A stretch of 64,000 nucleotides of DNA from Mobula hypostoma (taxonomy: Eukaryota): the NCBI RefSeq assembly GCF_963921235.1, contig NC_086097.1, positions 98,892,001-98,956,000 on the forward strand. Reading direction: 5' to 3'. Each line of letters begins with the position of its first letter. Position 1 is the first letter of the stretch. A program made the position numbers and the translations under genes. Under the pieces are notes generated by a model. That model had not been told where the DNA came from, searched no databases, and saw only the letters and a program-made list of their open reading frames with translations. This document shows positions 37,913 to 50,488 of this stretch, piece by piece.

Positions 37913-38549
37913 CTAATGGGTGTAAGAGATTGGAAGAGTTCAGGAAGTTATGCATACAGTCTGACACCCTCTCTCTCTGTTTTCAGCAGTGATGACTGAT
38001 TGAGAGTATGCAATACAGTTGTGTTTAGTTCAGGTCATTGGGAATATTTAAGGCAGAGCTTGAGAGGTTCTTGATTGGACATGTCATCAAAGGTTATGGA
38101 GAGAGGTCCAGGGAGTGGGGCTGAGGAGAGGCAAAAAGGCTCTTCCTTTGATTGAACGGTGGAACAGACTCAATGGGCTAAATGGCCTACCTCTGCTCCT
38201 ATGTCTTATGGTCCTATGGAATCACATTCATGCTGCAACAGTGGATTTTATTGCAATGGTTTAAAGGATCTTCCAAATTAACACTGTCAGGTCAGACTGT
38301 ACTGGGCAACGCAGCTTCTCGCAAATTCTTTTCAAAGGATAATATCGGCTTCAAAGACAAGTGACAGTTAAAACTGTGGTTGATAAAATCCTAAAGTAAT
38401 TCCTGAAAACGGATAGTTATCTTTGCACAGATAAAGAATAGTACTATTACATCCTGGTTAAATGGGCACAAATAACCAGGAGAAGTTGAGTCGAGTGATG
38501 GTTTTGATGTAACTGCAGGTGGAGAAAGACAGTGGGTCTGATCACTCAC

Positions 38550-38654
38550 CTGCTTTCAGCTGTTCCCCAGCCTCTGGGTACGGGTGAGTGTTGTAATAGG
38601 TGTGCGGAGGTTTTGGTGGGGGATTTGACGACAAATTCTCATCTTTTGCTGAGT
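38550..38654 (-). CDS. SPTBN5: Spectrin tail exon (DSAKDENLSSNPPPKPPHTYYNTHPYPEAGEQLKA)
   Basis: ttttttttcag| ... |gtgagt, 105 bp, phase 1 to 1, open frame. Confidence 0.8.
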
Positions 38655-40291
38655 CTGAAAAAAAAAATCAACATTCAGGTAAACCTTGTATTGAAGGGAA
38701 GGAGGTACAAGCTGAGGTTGATGGGATGGTTGTGTGATGGGTGGGAGGTGGGAGGTGGGAGATGTGGGTAGGAATCTTGGAGTATAGAGCTAAATCTATT
38801 TGTCCTGTACTGAGGGACAAGATCAGATTCAACTACATATGACAGATGCAGAATTTAACATCAGTTATTTAAACTGTAATCAAAGAAACACACACACACA
38901 CACACACACAAAGTGCTGGAGGAACTCAGCAGGCCAGGCAGCAGCTATGGAAAAGAGTACTGTCGATGTTTTAGGCTAAAACCCCTCGGCGTGACAGGAA
39001 AGAAGTTTAAACTTCTTCAGGGTCGGCATCCCTGGCACAGACTTTGCAGAGTAGTAATCCAATCACAAACAAGCAAAAAGCTGCAGATGCTGGAAATCCG
39101 AGCAACTCAGGTTACCGAAGGGATTCAGCCCGAAACGTTGACTGTTTACTCTTTTCCATAGATACTGCCTGGCCAGCACTTTGTGTGTGTTGCTCGGATT
39201 TCCAGCATCTGCAGATCTTCTCTTGTTTGTAATCAAGCAAAAATTGTTTCACCTTAAACTACTGTTTTGAAATAAAAGACATTGTTTCATTAAAGAAGAA
39301 ATTTTCCTCCACCTTGTCCTAATCTGACCTGTATGCAACTGTAAACCAAAACAGCATTATGTTTGATTCTTGACTATTTGTTAAACTGATCAAGTAAGCC
39401 ATTCATAAATATAAAATAATAACATCGGGTCAACTACATAGGCATCTGGTTGTGAGACAAAGGCCTGCCCCACGTCACTAACATCTAGGAATGTGTTTGA
39501 AGTGGGACAACAATCCCACAGACAGTACAGGGACCCACTGAGGTAACACAGGGGTATTGAACCAGCAAGGAGTGGTCCTGGGAGTTCTCAATATTAATGC
39601 CGGGTTCCCTGGTTTACCACCTGCCTTCCTTTTTCAGGTGTTAAGTCCTACACATGGAGTACTACTTTGAAGCAGCACTGTTCTCATTTAACTTCAACAA
39701 GAGGTTCTACAGATGCTGGAAATCTAGGGCAGTACATGCAACGTGCAGGCCAGGCAGCATCTGTGGATGGGAATAAGCAATCGACGTTTCGAGCCAAGAC
39801 CCTTTGTCAGGACTGGAACGGGAGGGGGAAGAAGTCAGAATAAGAAGGTGGGGTGTTGGTGGAAGAAATAAAGGGCTGGAGAAAGGGGAATCTGATAGGA
39901 GAGCACAGAAGACCATGGAAGAAAGGGAAAGGACAGGAGCACCAGAGGGAGGTCCCAATCTTACTAGGGTGTGGGGGCCGCCAGCCACCCTCGCCAGGTT
40001 TAGCCCTCCTGCTGAAGTGGTATACTGGGTTATGGCTGCTTTCGCATGCAAACAACGACTTGGAGCCACAGGTGAGAGCTCAGTGTCCGGTGGGGATCAA
40101 AGATGAGCAAGCTGCCTCAGAATGGACATGACAAACCCCTTCATCAGAGGTGGAAACCCTCCTTGGACACCCCATATACCCTTCTAACAATTTGCCGACT
40201 GTCACAAAATCCATTACAAAAGCTTCCGGTGATGTATATCCCATAATCGCCAATGATCGTCACGCCATAAGGAAGCTCTACATTACTGTAC

Positions 40292-40431
40292 CACTTGTTT
40301 GAGGTACCAAGGGACCTCCTGACATGTCCGTTCCCGGCAGGGTGTCGGTTTTTGGTTGTCGGGCCAGGGCGTCCCTTCTCTCCAGTGGATTGGATGAAGC
40401 GTCTCGCTTAACTCTGAAAGATGGAGTTCTC
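40292..40431 (-). CDS. SPTBN5: Spectrin tail exon (RTPSFRVKRDASSNPLERRD...LVPQTS)
   Basis: atatgcag| ... |gtacag, 140 bp, phase 2 to 1, compatible with both neighbours. Confidence 0.65.
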
Positions 40432-41067
40432 CTGCATATCACCAGACAAGGAGGAAAATTATGTCAGTTTCCAAATTGCCACTATATTCCCAGGATAAGA
40501 AGAGGGTTATGTACAGTGAAGATCTCTCTGCGTTGTCCCAATCAATACCGCTCCCCCACCCAGAGTTTTTATTGCAGGTATAATTGCTATATTTTATTTT
40601 ACAGTAAATGTACACACACAATGAAACAAAACAACGTTTTCCACATTTACGGTCATTACCAATGCCTCCAAAGATTCCTTCAGCAACAGGTAGGGACCTT
40701 AGGCACTGCAGTCTTAAGTTCAGTAGTGGTGTGTTAGGATTCAGAGGGCATTGGAAGGGCTGAACAGAGAGAGTCCCACACCTTCTCCAGACTACATCTG
40801 GTGCCCGTTGGACAACGAGCTGACCCTAATGACCCTATTGGACCAGTCTCTCCTCATTCTTCACTTCTCTGGCCTGCCATTGCTCGATAGCATGACGTAG
40901 AGGGCATAAAAGATTGGGTAACCCACAGTACAATGGTGCCAGGTGTACAGCTGATGGAGCATAAGTCTCTGCTGCTTGAAATATCCCCCGGTAGCTGCTG
41001 CTGCCACCTCTGCTCACACTCATGACTTTTGTGTCATTCCTGATGGATGCAGCAAAGAGCTCAGTGA

Positions 41068-42053
41068 ATGGATATGACCAGGGAAAGGGTGTGGCTCTGT
41101 TTGTCTGCCCAATGGGTATGACCAGGGAAAGGGTGTGGCTCTGTCTGCCCAATGGGTATGACCAGGGAAAGGGTGTGGCTCTGTCTGCCCAATGGGTATG
41201 ACCAGGGAAAGGGTGTGGCTCTGTCTGCCCAATGGGTATGACCAGGGAAAGGGTGTGGCTCTGTCTGCCCAATGGGTATGACCAGGGAAAGGGTGTGGCT
41301 CTGTCTGCCCAATGGGTATGACCAGGGAAAGGGTGTGGCTCTGTCTGCCCAATGGGTATGACCAGGGAAAGGGTGTGGCTCTGTCTGCCCAATGGGTATG
41401 ACCAGGGAAAGGGTGTGGCTCTGTCTGCCCAATGGGTATGACCAGGGAAAGGGTGTGGCTCTGTCTGCCCAATGGGTATGACCAGGGAAAGGGTGTGGCT
41501 CTGTCTGCCCAATGGGTATGACCAGGGAAAGGGTGTGGCTCTGTCTGCCCAATGGATATGACCAGGGAAAGGGTGTGGCTCTGTCTGCCCAATGGATATG
41601 ACCAGGGAAAGGGTGTGGCTCTGTTTGTCTGCCCAATGGATATGACCAGGGAAAGGGTGTGGCTCTGTTTGTCTGCCCAATGGATATGACCAGGGAAAGG
41701 GTGTGGCTCTGTCTGCCCAATGGGTATGACCAGGGAAAGGGTGTGGCTCTGTCTGCCCAATGGGTATGACCAGGGAAAGGGTGTGGCTCTGTCTGCCCAA
41801 TGGGTATGACCAGGGAAAGGGTGTGGCTCTGTTTGTCTGCCCAATGGATATGACCAGGGAAAGGGTGTGGCTCTGTTTGTCTGCCCAATGGGTATGACCA
41901 GGGAAAGGGTGTGGCTCTGTTTGCCCAATGGGTATGACCAGGGAAAGGGTGTGGCTCTGTTTGTTTGCCCAATGGGTATGACCAGGGAAAGGGTGTGGCT
42001 CTGTCTGCCCAATGGGTATGACCAGGGAAAGGGTGTGGCTCTGTTTGTCTGCC
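41068..42053. repeat. 40/44-bp minisatellite, about 24 copies
   Basis: Unit atgggtatgaccagggaaagggtgtggctctgtctgccca, some units with an extra ttgt; nearly identical copies. Confidence 0.97.
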
Positions 42054-42290
42054 CTCCAGTCGACTTGCAAGCAGTTGACAAAGGTAGGTCTTCAGACATC
42101 TCTGTGAAGCAGCTGTATTCAATAATAGAATTCCTAACCCACATTTTGGAGAAGACATTCAACGTGAATTCTTGAGAAACATTGTCAAAGCTACTCTCTT
42201 GGTCCAAGCCATCGCCGCCCTCTGTATCTGCCTCACAGCCCATCTCAGTCTGCGGCTCCCTTTCCATTCTTCTCGGGAGAACTCCGTTAC

Positions 42291-42354
42291 CTGGGGAGGA
42301 AATCTTTGCTGCTTCCCATCTTGGCCGGGGAGGTTCCTGTCTTTTTAGATGTAT
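42291..42354 (-). CDS. SPTBN5: Spectrin tail exon (DTSKKTGTSPAKMGSSKDFLPR)
   Basis: ctcctctctgcag| ... |gtaacg, 64 bp, phase 1 to 2; joins the PH exon (phase 1) to the 40431 exon (phase 2). Confidence 0.65.
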
Positions 42355-42958
42355 CTGCAGAGAGGAGTGGCTTCACCGGGGACGGTTCCCTTTTCATAAA
42401 GAATAGAGCACATTACAGGAGTAAGCATGAGATTTGAGCAACACTTTGTCAGCATCCCTACCTTCCACAGAATATACTATATTAGCTCAGTATTCATGAA
42501 CACACAGTCATCGAGTTGTAAGGCCCTTCAGCCCATACCTGTCCATGCTGACCAAGGTGTATATTCAAGCTAATCCCATTTCCCAGCATTTGGTCCACCT
42601 CTGTCACCACCCTCGTTGACATACTTCTTAACTGTATCTGATTAACTTGCCTCAACCACTTCCCCTGGCAGCTGGTTCCATATATCGACCACTTGCTGTG
42701 TAAACAAGTTTATTAAATCCTTCACCTCTAACCTTAAAACTCCTTTAGTTTAGAGTTCACCAACCTTCGGAAAATGACCACTCACCCTAACTATGTCCCT
42801 CATGATTTTATAAAGCTCTATGAGGTCATCGCTCAGTCTCTACTCTAAGATCAGCCTGTCTAACCTCTCCCTATAACTCAGTCCCTTGAGTACTGGCAGC
42901 ATCCTTGTAAATCATTTTTGTTCTCTTTCCAGTTTCAACACATCCTTCCTATAACAGG

Positions 42959-43335
42959 TGGGTGGCGGGGTGAAAATACGCCTTTGCCAAGGAGGTGTAA
43001 GGCGCTCCTTGCCTCCGCTAGCCCGCAGCCACCCTCAGGCAAGCTGTAGCACCTGCTTAGCCCCCCGCCCCCGCCGATCAGGGTCATGTGAAGTCATGGG
43101 AGCAGGTGGTGGATGGTCATATGAGCAGCTGGTGCATACCACAAGTCCAGGTTATGCGACCACTGACACCAGACAATCTCTGAAGATTATTGATAGTGGC
43201 TGGGGTCACCCACCTTGTAAAGACACTGCCCAGAAAAAGGCAACGGCAAATATTCTGTAGAAATCTTTGGCAAGTACAGTCACAGCCAACACCATGATCG
43301 CCCATGTCATACAACATGGCACAGAATGAATGAAT
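42959..43335 (+). mobile_element. Non-autonomous retroposon with an RTE-like 3' tail, inserted in a decayed minus-strand CR1
   Basis: TSD tcctataacagg at 42947-42958 and 44625-44636; 3' end catgatcgcccatgtcatacaacatggcacagaatgaatgaa; CR1 sequence continues on both sides. Confidence 0.65.
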
Positions 43336-44630
43336 CCTATACAACACGGCGCAGAATGAACGAATCCTATACAACACGGCACAGAATGAATGAATCCTAT
43401 ACAACACGGCGCAGAATGAACGAATCCTATACAACACGGCACAGAATGAACGAATCCTATACAACACAGCACAGAATGAATGAATCCTATACAACACATC
43501 ACATAATGAATGAATCCTATACAACACGGCACAGAATGAACGAATCCTATACAACACATCACATAATGAACGAATCCTATACAACACGGCGCAGAATGAA
43601 CGAATCCTATACAACACGGCACAGAATGAATGAATCCTATACAACACGGCACAGAATGAACGAATCCTATACAACACGGCACAGAATGAATGAATCCTAT
43701 ACAACACATCACATAATGAACGAATTCTATACAACACGGCGCAGAATGAATGAATCCTATACAACACGGCGCAGAATGAACGAATCCTATACAACACATC
43801 ACATAATGAATGAATCCTATACAACACGGCACAGAATGAATGAATCCTATACAACACGGCACAGAATGAATGAATCCTATACAACACGGCACAGAATGAA
43901 CGAATTCTATACAACACATCACATAATGAATGAATCCTATACAACACGGCACAGAATGAATGAATCCTATACAACACGGCGCAGAATGAACGAATCCTAT
44001 ACAACACGGCGCAGAATGAATGAATCCTATACAACACGGCGCAGAATGAATGAATCCTATACAACACGGCGCAGAATGAACGAATCCTATACAACACATC
44101 ACATAATGAACGAATTCTATACAACACGGCGCAGAATGAATGAATCCTATACAACACGGCGCAGAATGAACGAATCCTATACAACACATCACATAATGAA
44201 TGAATCCTATACAACACGGCACAGAATGAATGAATCCTATACAACACGGCGCAGAATGAACGAATCCTATACAACACGGCGCAGAATGAACGAATTCTAT
44301 ACAACACGGCGCAGAATGAATGAATCCTATACAACACGGCGCAGAATGAACGAATCCTATACAACACATCACATAATGAATGAATCCTATACAACACATC
44401 ACATAATGAATGAATCCTATACAACACGGCACAGAATGAATGAATCCTATACAACACGGCACAGAATGAACGAATCCTATACAACACATCACAGAATGAA
44501 CGAATTCTATACAACACGGCACAGAATGAATGAATCCTATACAACACGGCGCAGAATGAATGAATCCTATACAACACGGCGCAGAATGAATGAATCCTAT
44601 ACAACACATCACAGAATGAATGAATCCTAT
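43309..44630. repeat. 30-bp minisatellite, about 44 copies
   Basis: Unit acaacacggcacagaatgaatgaatcctat with a few interchangeable variants (ggcg/ggca/atca, gaat/taat, tga/cga). Confidence 0.97.
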
Positions 44631-44781
44631 AACAGGGTAACCAAAACTGATCACAAGTGTGGCCTCACCAATATCTTGTGAAAACCACTCTAGAATTGGT
44701 GGGGTAGGGGGTTTTAGAAATCAGGACCCACGCTGTAGGTGTTGTCATGATCCCCTCCCACCATTCCTCTTTCCCACACAA

Positions 44782-46146
44782 ATAGAAACATAGAAAACCT
44801 ACAGCACAATACAGGCCCTTCGGCCCACAAAGCTGTGCTGAACATGTCCCTACCTTAGAACAACCTAGGCTTTACCCATAGCCCTCTATTTTTCTAAGCT
44901 CCATGTAGATATCCAGGAGTCTCTTAAAAGACCCTATCGTTTCCACCTTCAGCACCACCTCCGGCAGCCCATTGCATACACACACCACTCTCTGCGTAAA
45001 AAACTTACCCCCTACATCTCCTCTGTACCTACTTCCAAGCACCTTAAAACTATGCCGTCTTGTGCTAACCATTTCAGGCCTGGGGAAAGGCCTCTGACTA
45101 TCCACACGATCAATGCCTCTCATTATCTTGTACACCTCTATCAGGTCACCTCTCACCCTCTGTCGCTCCAAGGAGAAAATGCCGAGTTCACTCAACCTAT
45201 TCTCATAAGGCATGCTCCCCAATCCAGGCAACGTCCTTGTAAATCTCTTCTGCACCCCTCTATGGTTTCCACATCCTTCCTGTAATGAGTTGACCAGAAT
45301 TGATCATAGTACAATCCAAGTGGGATTCTATATAGCTGCAACATTACCTCTTAGTCTTAAACTAAATCCCACGACTGATGAAGGCCAATGCACCATATGC
45401 CTTCTTAACCACAGAGTCAACCTGCATAGCATCTTTGAGGGTCCTATGGACCTGGACCCCAAGATCCCTCTGATCCTCCACACTGCCAAGAGTCTTACCA
45501 TTAATGCTATATTCTGCCATCATATTTGATCTACCAAAATGAATCACCTCACACTTATCTGGGTTGAACTCCATCTGCCACTTCTCAGCCCAGTTTTGCA
45601 TCCTATCAATGTCCCGCTGTAACCTCTGATAGCCCTCCACACTATCTACAACACCCCCAATCTTTGTGTCATCAGCAAATTTACTAACCCATCCCTCCAC
45701 TTCCTCATCCAGGTCATAAAAATCACAAAGAGAAGGGGTCCCAGAACAGATCCCCGAGGCACACCACTGGTCACCGACCTCCATCCAGAATATGACCCAT
45801 CTACAACCACCCTTTGCCTTCTGTGGGCATGCCAGTTCTGGATCCACAAAGCAATGTCCTCCTTACTTTCTCAATAAGCCTGGCATGGGGTACCTTATCA
45901 AATGCCTTGCTGAAATCCATATACACTACATCTATTGCTCTACCTTCATCAATGTGTTTAGTCACATCCTCAAAAAATTCAGTCAGGCTTGTGAGGCATG
46001 ACCTGCCTTTGACAAAGCCATGCTGACTATTCCTAATCATATTATACCTCTCCAAATGTTCATAAATCCTGCCTCTCAGGATCTTCTCCATCAGCTTATC
46101 AACCACTGAAGTAAGACTCACTGGCCTATAATTTCCTGGGCTATTC
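44782..46146 (-). mobile_element. 5'-truncated CR1 LINE (RT to 3' UTR), frameshifted
   Basis: NYRPVSLTS, DFSKAFDKVPH, KFADDTK and FFTQRVV fragments; (atagaaac)n tail at the left end. Confidence 0.9.
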
Positions 46147-46614
46147 CTATACAGAGATGTAAACCGTTCCCTTTCTCTCCAACCATTTCCATGTCCAAAC
46201 ATTTGTTCTGGGTGAAGCAGTGACTCCCCTGCATTCCATCCAGTGTAATACAGTATACTCACTGCTGACGATGTCATCCCTCTTCCCTGGAGAAACCAAA
46301 CACAGAGTGGATACTTTGCAGAACATCTCTGTCTGGTTTTTAAATACCTGTCACTTTAATTGTTTATCTCATGTCTTTGCCTCTGGTCTCTGTTCCAAAC
46401 AACCTCAAGGTAAACTTGAGGAACATCTCCTCATCTTCCACCAAGTATGTAACAGCCCTCAGGACTTGACATTGAAGGCAACAATCTCAGATAGCTAGCT
46501 TTTCCTATTTGTGTCATGATTGACCAGATGTGATGACAGGCCATTGGCTTGTAATATTATCTCTGTTTCTCTCGCTGCAAATGCTGTCTGATCCATTGGA
46601 TCTTTCAGCAGTCT

Positions 46615-47280
46615 CTCTTAGAACGTTGAACAGCATGGGGCAGCATAGCAACAGGTTGAGCCAAACTAATTAAACTAGTAATTAAAAGCCTAACTAAACT
46701 AATCCCTTCTGCCTACACGATGTCCATATCCCTCTATTTTCTATGCATTCATGTACCTCTCTAAGAGGCTCTTAAATGCCTCTGCAGTACTTGATCCCAA
46801 TACTCTCCATGACAGTATATTCTACGCACCCACCACTCACTGTAAAAAAATTGTCCCACACGTCTCCTTTGAATTTATTCCTTCTCAACCTGTAGTTTTA
46901 GACATTATGACCCTGGGGGCGGGGGAGATTGGAACCTGACCATTGTCTCTTCCTATGCCTTTCATAATCTTATAAACTTCTTATCACATCTCCCTTCAGC
47001 CTCTGTTACTTCAGAGAAAATAATCCGGATTTGTCCAACCTCTCCTTAATGCACACACCCTCTAATCCAGAAAACACCCTGGTAAACCTCATCTCACCCT
47101 CTCCACTGTCTCCACATCTTTCTTATAATGGGACGGCCCAAAATGAATGCAACGCTCCAGATATTCCCTAACTAGAGTTTTATAAAGCTGCAACATATCT
47201 TCCTGATTCCTGAAGTCAATGCCTTGACTAATAAAAGCAAGGTGCCATATGCCTTTTATAGCACCCTGTCAACGTGTGCT
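46615..47280 (-). mobile_element. Old CR1 3' fragment
   Basis: Reverse complement resembles the CR1 ORF2 C-terminus and 3' UTR. Confidence 0.6.
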
Positions 47281-47750
47281 TTAGTTCAGATCTCTGACCA
47301 CTGCCGTGCTCTGTAGCTCCTGGTTCCAAAGGCCTTTTACCCTTTGTCTCTCTTCAACACTTCTATCCATTCTTTCTTGTTCACCTCCAGACGGGTCAGC
47401 TGCAAAGAACACCCCTTCACCCTCTCTTAGCAGACAGCAGGAGCACGGTGTATGTCAGCAGTTTCTCTTGGTTTCCACGTAGTCACGACATTCCCTGATT
47501 TCCCTCCATCTCCCTCCTCACTCCTCCTCCCCTCTCAGTCACCATTTCCCTGCAGATTCAAACATTTTCAATTACCGTCTTTTCCCAGTTCTGGTGAAAG
47601 GTCATTATTTTGAAATGCTGACGCCTCTCTTTCACTCTCTCTCCATAGATGCTGCCTGACCAGTTGAGCATCCGCAGCATTTTCTGTTTATATTCCTGCA
47701 ACAACTGTTCTTGGGCAGAAATCTGGGCCACCCTTGGAAACTGTGATGTA

Positions 47751-47858
47751 TCTGGGAAGGGAGTTTTGTGTCTGAGGGTAAACACTCCATTACCTGTTAC
47801 TCTGGGAAGGGAGTTTTGTGTCTGAGGGTAAACACTCCATTGCCCGTTACTCTGGGAA
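47751..47858. repeat. 50-bp tandem duplication
   Basis: tctgggaagggagttttgtgtctgagggtaaacactccatt..c.gttac twice, plus the start of a third copy. Confidence 0.85.
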
Positions 47859-48013
47859 GAATGAGAGTGACCCATAGCGTTTAAATTCCATTAATATCCA
47901 CACCTGTTGGTAACGAAAGATTTGGAGTGGTGATGGGACAGCAGGCAGAGAGCTCTGAAAGTGGGGTGAAACAGAAGAGGGGACAGAGGAAGATGGAGAG
48001 GAACATTACTCAC

Positions 48014-48062
48014 CAGGATTGTTGTGGAGATTGTGGAGGAGATGAGCCATTGGCAGAGGACC
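48014..48062 (-). CDS. Candidate alternative spectrin exon (GSSANGSSPPQSPQQS)
   Basis: Strong sites tttctttctcag| and |gtgagt, 49 bp, phase 1 to 2 and open, but no certain downstream partner. Confidence 0.35.
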
Positions 48063-48240
48063 CTGAGAAAGAAATCAGGATGGGGCAAATGAAGAAACAC
48101 TGACACAATAAGGTGAGTTTGCTGAAACCAGGTGCCCCCCCACCCCCATGCCCACATCGATGTAATCTTCTCTTTCCTGTGTGTCTGCTCACACCCAACC
48201 CCACTCCTCCCACTCACAACAGGAATCCTCATCGGCCACC

Positions 48241-48601
48241 ACGAGCCTACAAGTCCAGCACATCTTCCCCCCCCCACATGAGCCTACAAGTCCAGCACAT
48301 CTTCCCCCCCCCCACATGAGCCTACAAATCCAGCACATCTTCCCCCCCCACATGAGCCTACAAGTCCAGCACATCTTCCCCCCCCCACATGAGCCTACAA
48401 ATCCAGCACATCTTCCCCCCCCAAATGAGCCTACAAATCCAGCACATCTTCCCCCCCCCACATGAGCCTACAAGTCCAGCACATCTTCCCCCCCACATGA
48501 GCCTACAAGTCCAGCACATCTTCCAGCACATGAGCCTACAAGTCCAGCACATCTTCCCCCCCACATGAGCCTACAAGTCCAGCACATCTTCCCCCCCCCC
48601 A
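48241..48601. repeat. ~37-bp minisatellite, about 10 copies with a variable poly-C run
   Basis: Unit catgagcctacaagtccagcacatctt(c)n. Confidence 0.92.
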
Positions 48602-48776
48602 CTTTCCCTGTGACTCACTTGTCTGCTCGTCCCTCCGAGCAATTATCCCTGCAACCGTGCTATATGTGACACCTCCTCCCTCACCACCATCCAGGGCCCC
48701 AGACTGTCCTTCCAGTACTTATTGTTTGGATTGGCAGTTCCTGGACAATCCCATCAGAGCTTCTTACCCTCTCTGG

Positions 48777-48968
48777 CAACACACATCAAAGTTGCTGGTG
48801 AACGCAGCAGGCCAGGCAGCATCTCTAGGAAGAGTTACAGTCGACGTTTCAGGCTGAGACCCTTCGTCAGGTCCTGACGCAGTCCTGACGAAGGGTCTCG
48901 GCCTGAAACGTCAACTGTACCTCTTCCTAGAGATGCTGCCTGGCCTGCTGCGTTCACCAGCAACTTTT
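48777..48968. mobile_element. Palindromic Penelope-derived insert
   Basis: About 85-bp inverted arms aaagttgctggtgaacg...cccttcgtcagg / cctgacgaaggg...caccagcaacttt. Confidence 0.75.
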
Positions 48969-49112
48969 GCAACTGTACATATGGTACTTTTAATGTGATG
49001 CAACATTACACACAAGTGTCACCAGATACTGATTTACGACTGGGGACTGGTGCTTTGTGTAGAGGGAGACGATTACGAAAACCTTAGGACATTACACAGA
49101 GTGACTACCTAC

Positions 49113-49198
49113 CTGTGCTGTTCCTGATCTTTTGAATCCACTCATCCATCAGAGTGTCCGAAGGAGCAGAGAAAAGATATTCCGCCCCATCGCTGAGC
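49113..49198 (-). CDS. SPTBN5: Beta-spectrin PH domain, C-terminal exon (RLSDGAEYLFSAPSDTLMDEWIQKIRNST)
   Basis: tgccttag| ... |gtaggt, 86 bp, phase 2 to 1; matches the beta-spectrin PH motif RL.DG.EYLF.A......W, with the GAE.LF.APS form seen in SPTBN5. Confidence 0.9.
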
Positions 49199-49289
49199 CT
49201 AAGGCAACACATTCAGTTCAGACAATTTACGATTCTTTGCACTGAGATAAATATATATGTAAATAACAGACACACACACACACACACAC

Positions 49290-49685
49290 CCTCAGGGTGG
49301 AGGAGCAACACCCTATAATTTGTAGTGGTAGCTTCCAACCTGATGGCATGAATATCGATTTCTCCTTCCAGGAAAAAGGTCCCCCCTTCTATCCCCCACT
49401 CTGGCCTCTTATCTCTTCTCACCTGCCTATCACCTCCCCCGGGTCCCCTCCTCCTCCCCTTTCTCCTGTGGTCCACTCTCCTCTCCTACCAGATTCCTTC
49501 CTCGCCAGCCCTTTATCTTTCCTGCCCATCTGGCTTCAGCTGTCACCTTCTATCTACTTTCCCCACCTTCCCCCTTCCGTTCCAGCCCTGATGAAGGGTC
49601 TCAGCCTGAAACATCGACTGTTTATTCGTTTCCTTTGATGCTGCCTGACCTGCTGAGTTCCTCTGGCATTTTGTGTGTTGTTTTG
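49290..49685 (+). mobile_element. Penelope-like 3' fragment (GIY-YIG C-terminus and UTR)
   Basis: EEQHPII...QPDGMNIDFS, then cctgatgaagggtctcagcctgaaacatcgac...gatgctgcctgacctgctgagttcc. Confidence 0.7.
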
Positions 49686-50399
49686 CATTTAAACCGTGCC
49701 TTCCACATTGATTTCAAAATGCCAGAAAGAACTTTGCAGCCAACAGAATAATTTTGAGATGTCATCAGGTCAGTAATGTAGGGAATCGGTTCACTCACTC
49801 ACACACACACAAGACGCGTATGTCAAAACACCTATACTTTGAACTACAGTATAGTGAAGAAGCTTCTGAGCTGACTGACCTGTATGCATAAATACCTGTG
49901 ATTTATTTACTGGATTACTTGTTATTCAGGAGCTGGACATCCCTGACAAGGCCTGTATGGCTTGCCCATCCTTGAGAAGGTGGGAGTGACCCGCTGCCGT
50001 TCTCCCAGTGGAACCTCTCGTACAGGGTGTTGCCAGATTCAGATGCAGTGAAAGGGAAGGACCAGTGACGCACTTTCAGGTGTGGAAGGCGTGCCACCCT
50101 GTTGGTTCCCTTTGACCGCCTCATGGTGGCCGGTCTCTGGCACTGTCAGTGTACCCTGCGCATTTTGTAGATGCTCACAGACTTGTTGCTGGTGAGTGCC
50201 ATTCAAGTGGGATACTTTGTCCTGGATCGTTTGAGAGTTGTTCAAACTCCTCCGAACCAGGTGAGTGGAGGCTACACATCACACTCCTGACTTTCATTCT
50301 CCCAGAACATCCCTGGGTCACTGTGCACTCTGGTGTTCTTTTGGATTGACACGAAAAGGGGACCATCTAGACACCCTGCAGCCGACACTCTGTACGTAC

Positions 50400-50488
50400 C
50401 GTAGCCGGAATGTGTGCTCCTTCGTGGAATCAGCAGCCTCCCCACACGTGGCATCAGCGACACCGAGGGATGGTGAAAAAGGGGAATC
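50400..50488 (-). CDS. SPTBN5: Spectrin PH domain exon (DSPFSPSLGVADATCGEAADSTKEHTFRL)
   Basis: ttgtacgcag| ... |gtacgt, 89 bp, phase 0 to 2; A.C......K.HTF.LR motif. Confidence 0.88.

Noticed and set aside
41068..44630. CRISPR-like appearance of the 30-44-bp arrays
   Set aside because: Head-to-tail repeats with no unique spacers, no cas genes, and a eukaryotic intronic context.
43117..44681. 450-500-aa repetitive ORFs on both strands
   Set aside because: Translations of the 30-bp minisatellite derived from a retroposon tail.
46263..46286. Possible 24-nt minus-strand micro-exon with good splice sites
   Set aside because: Lies in a degenerate Penelope-like remnant and has no protein support.
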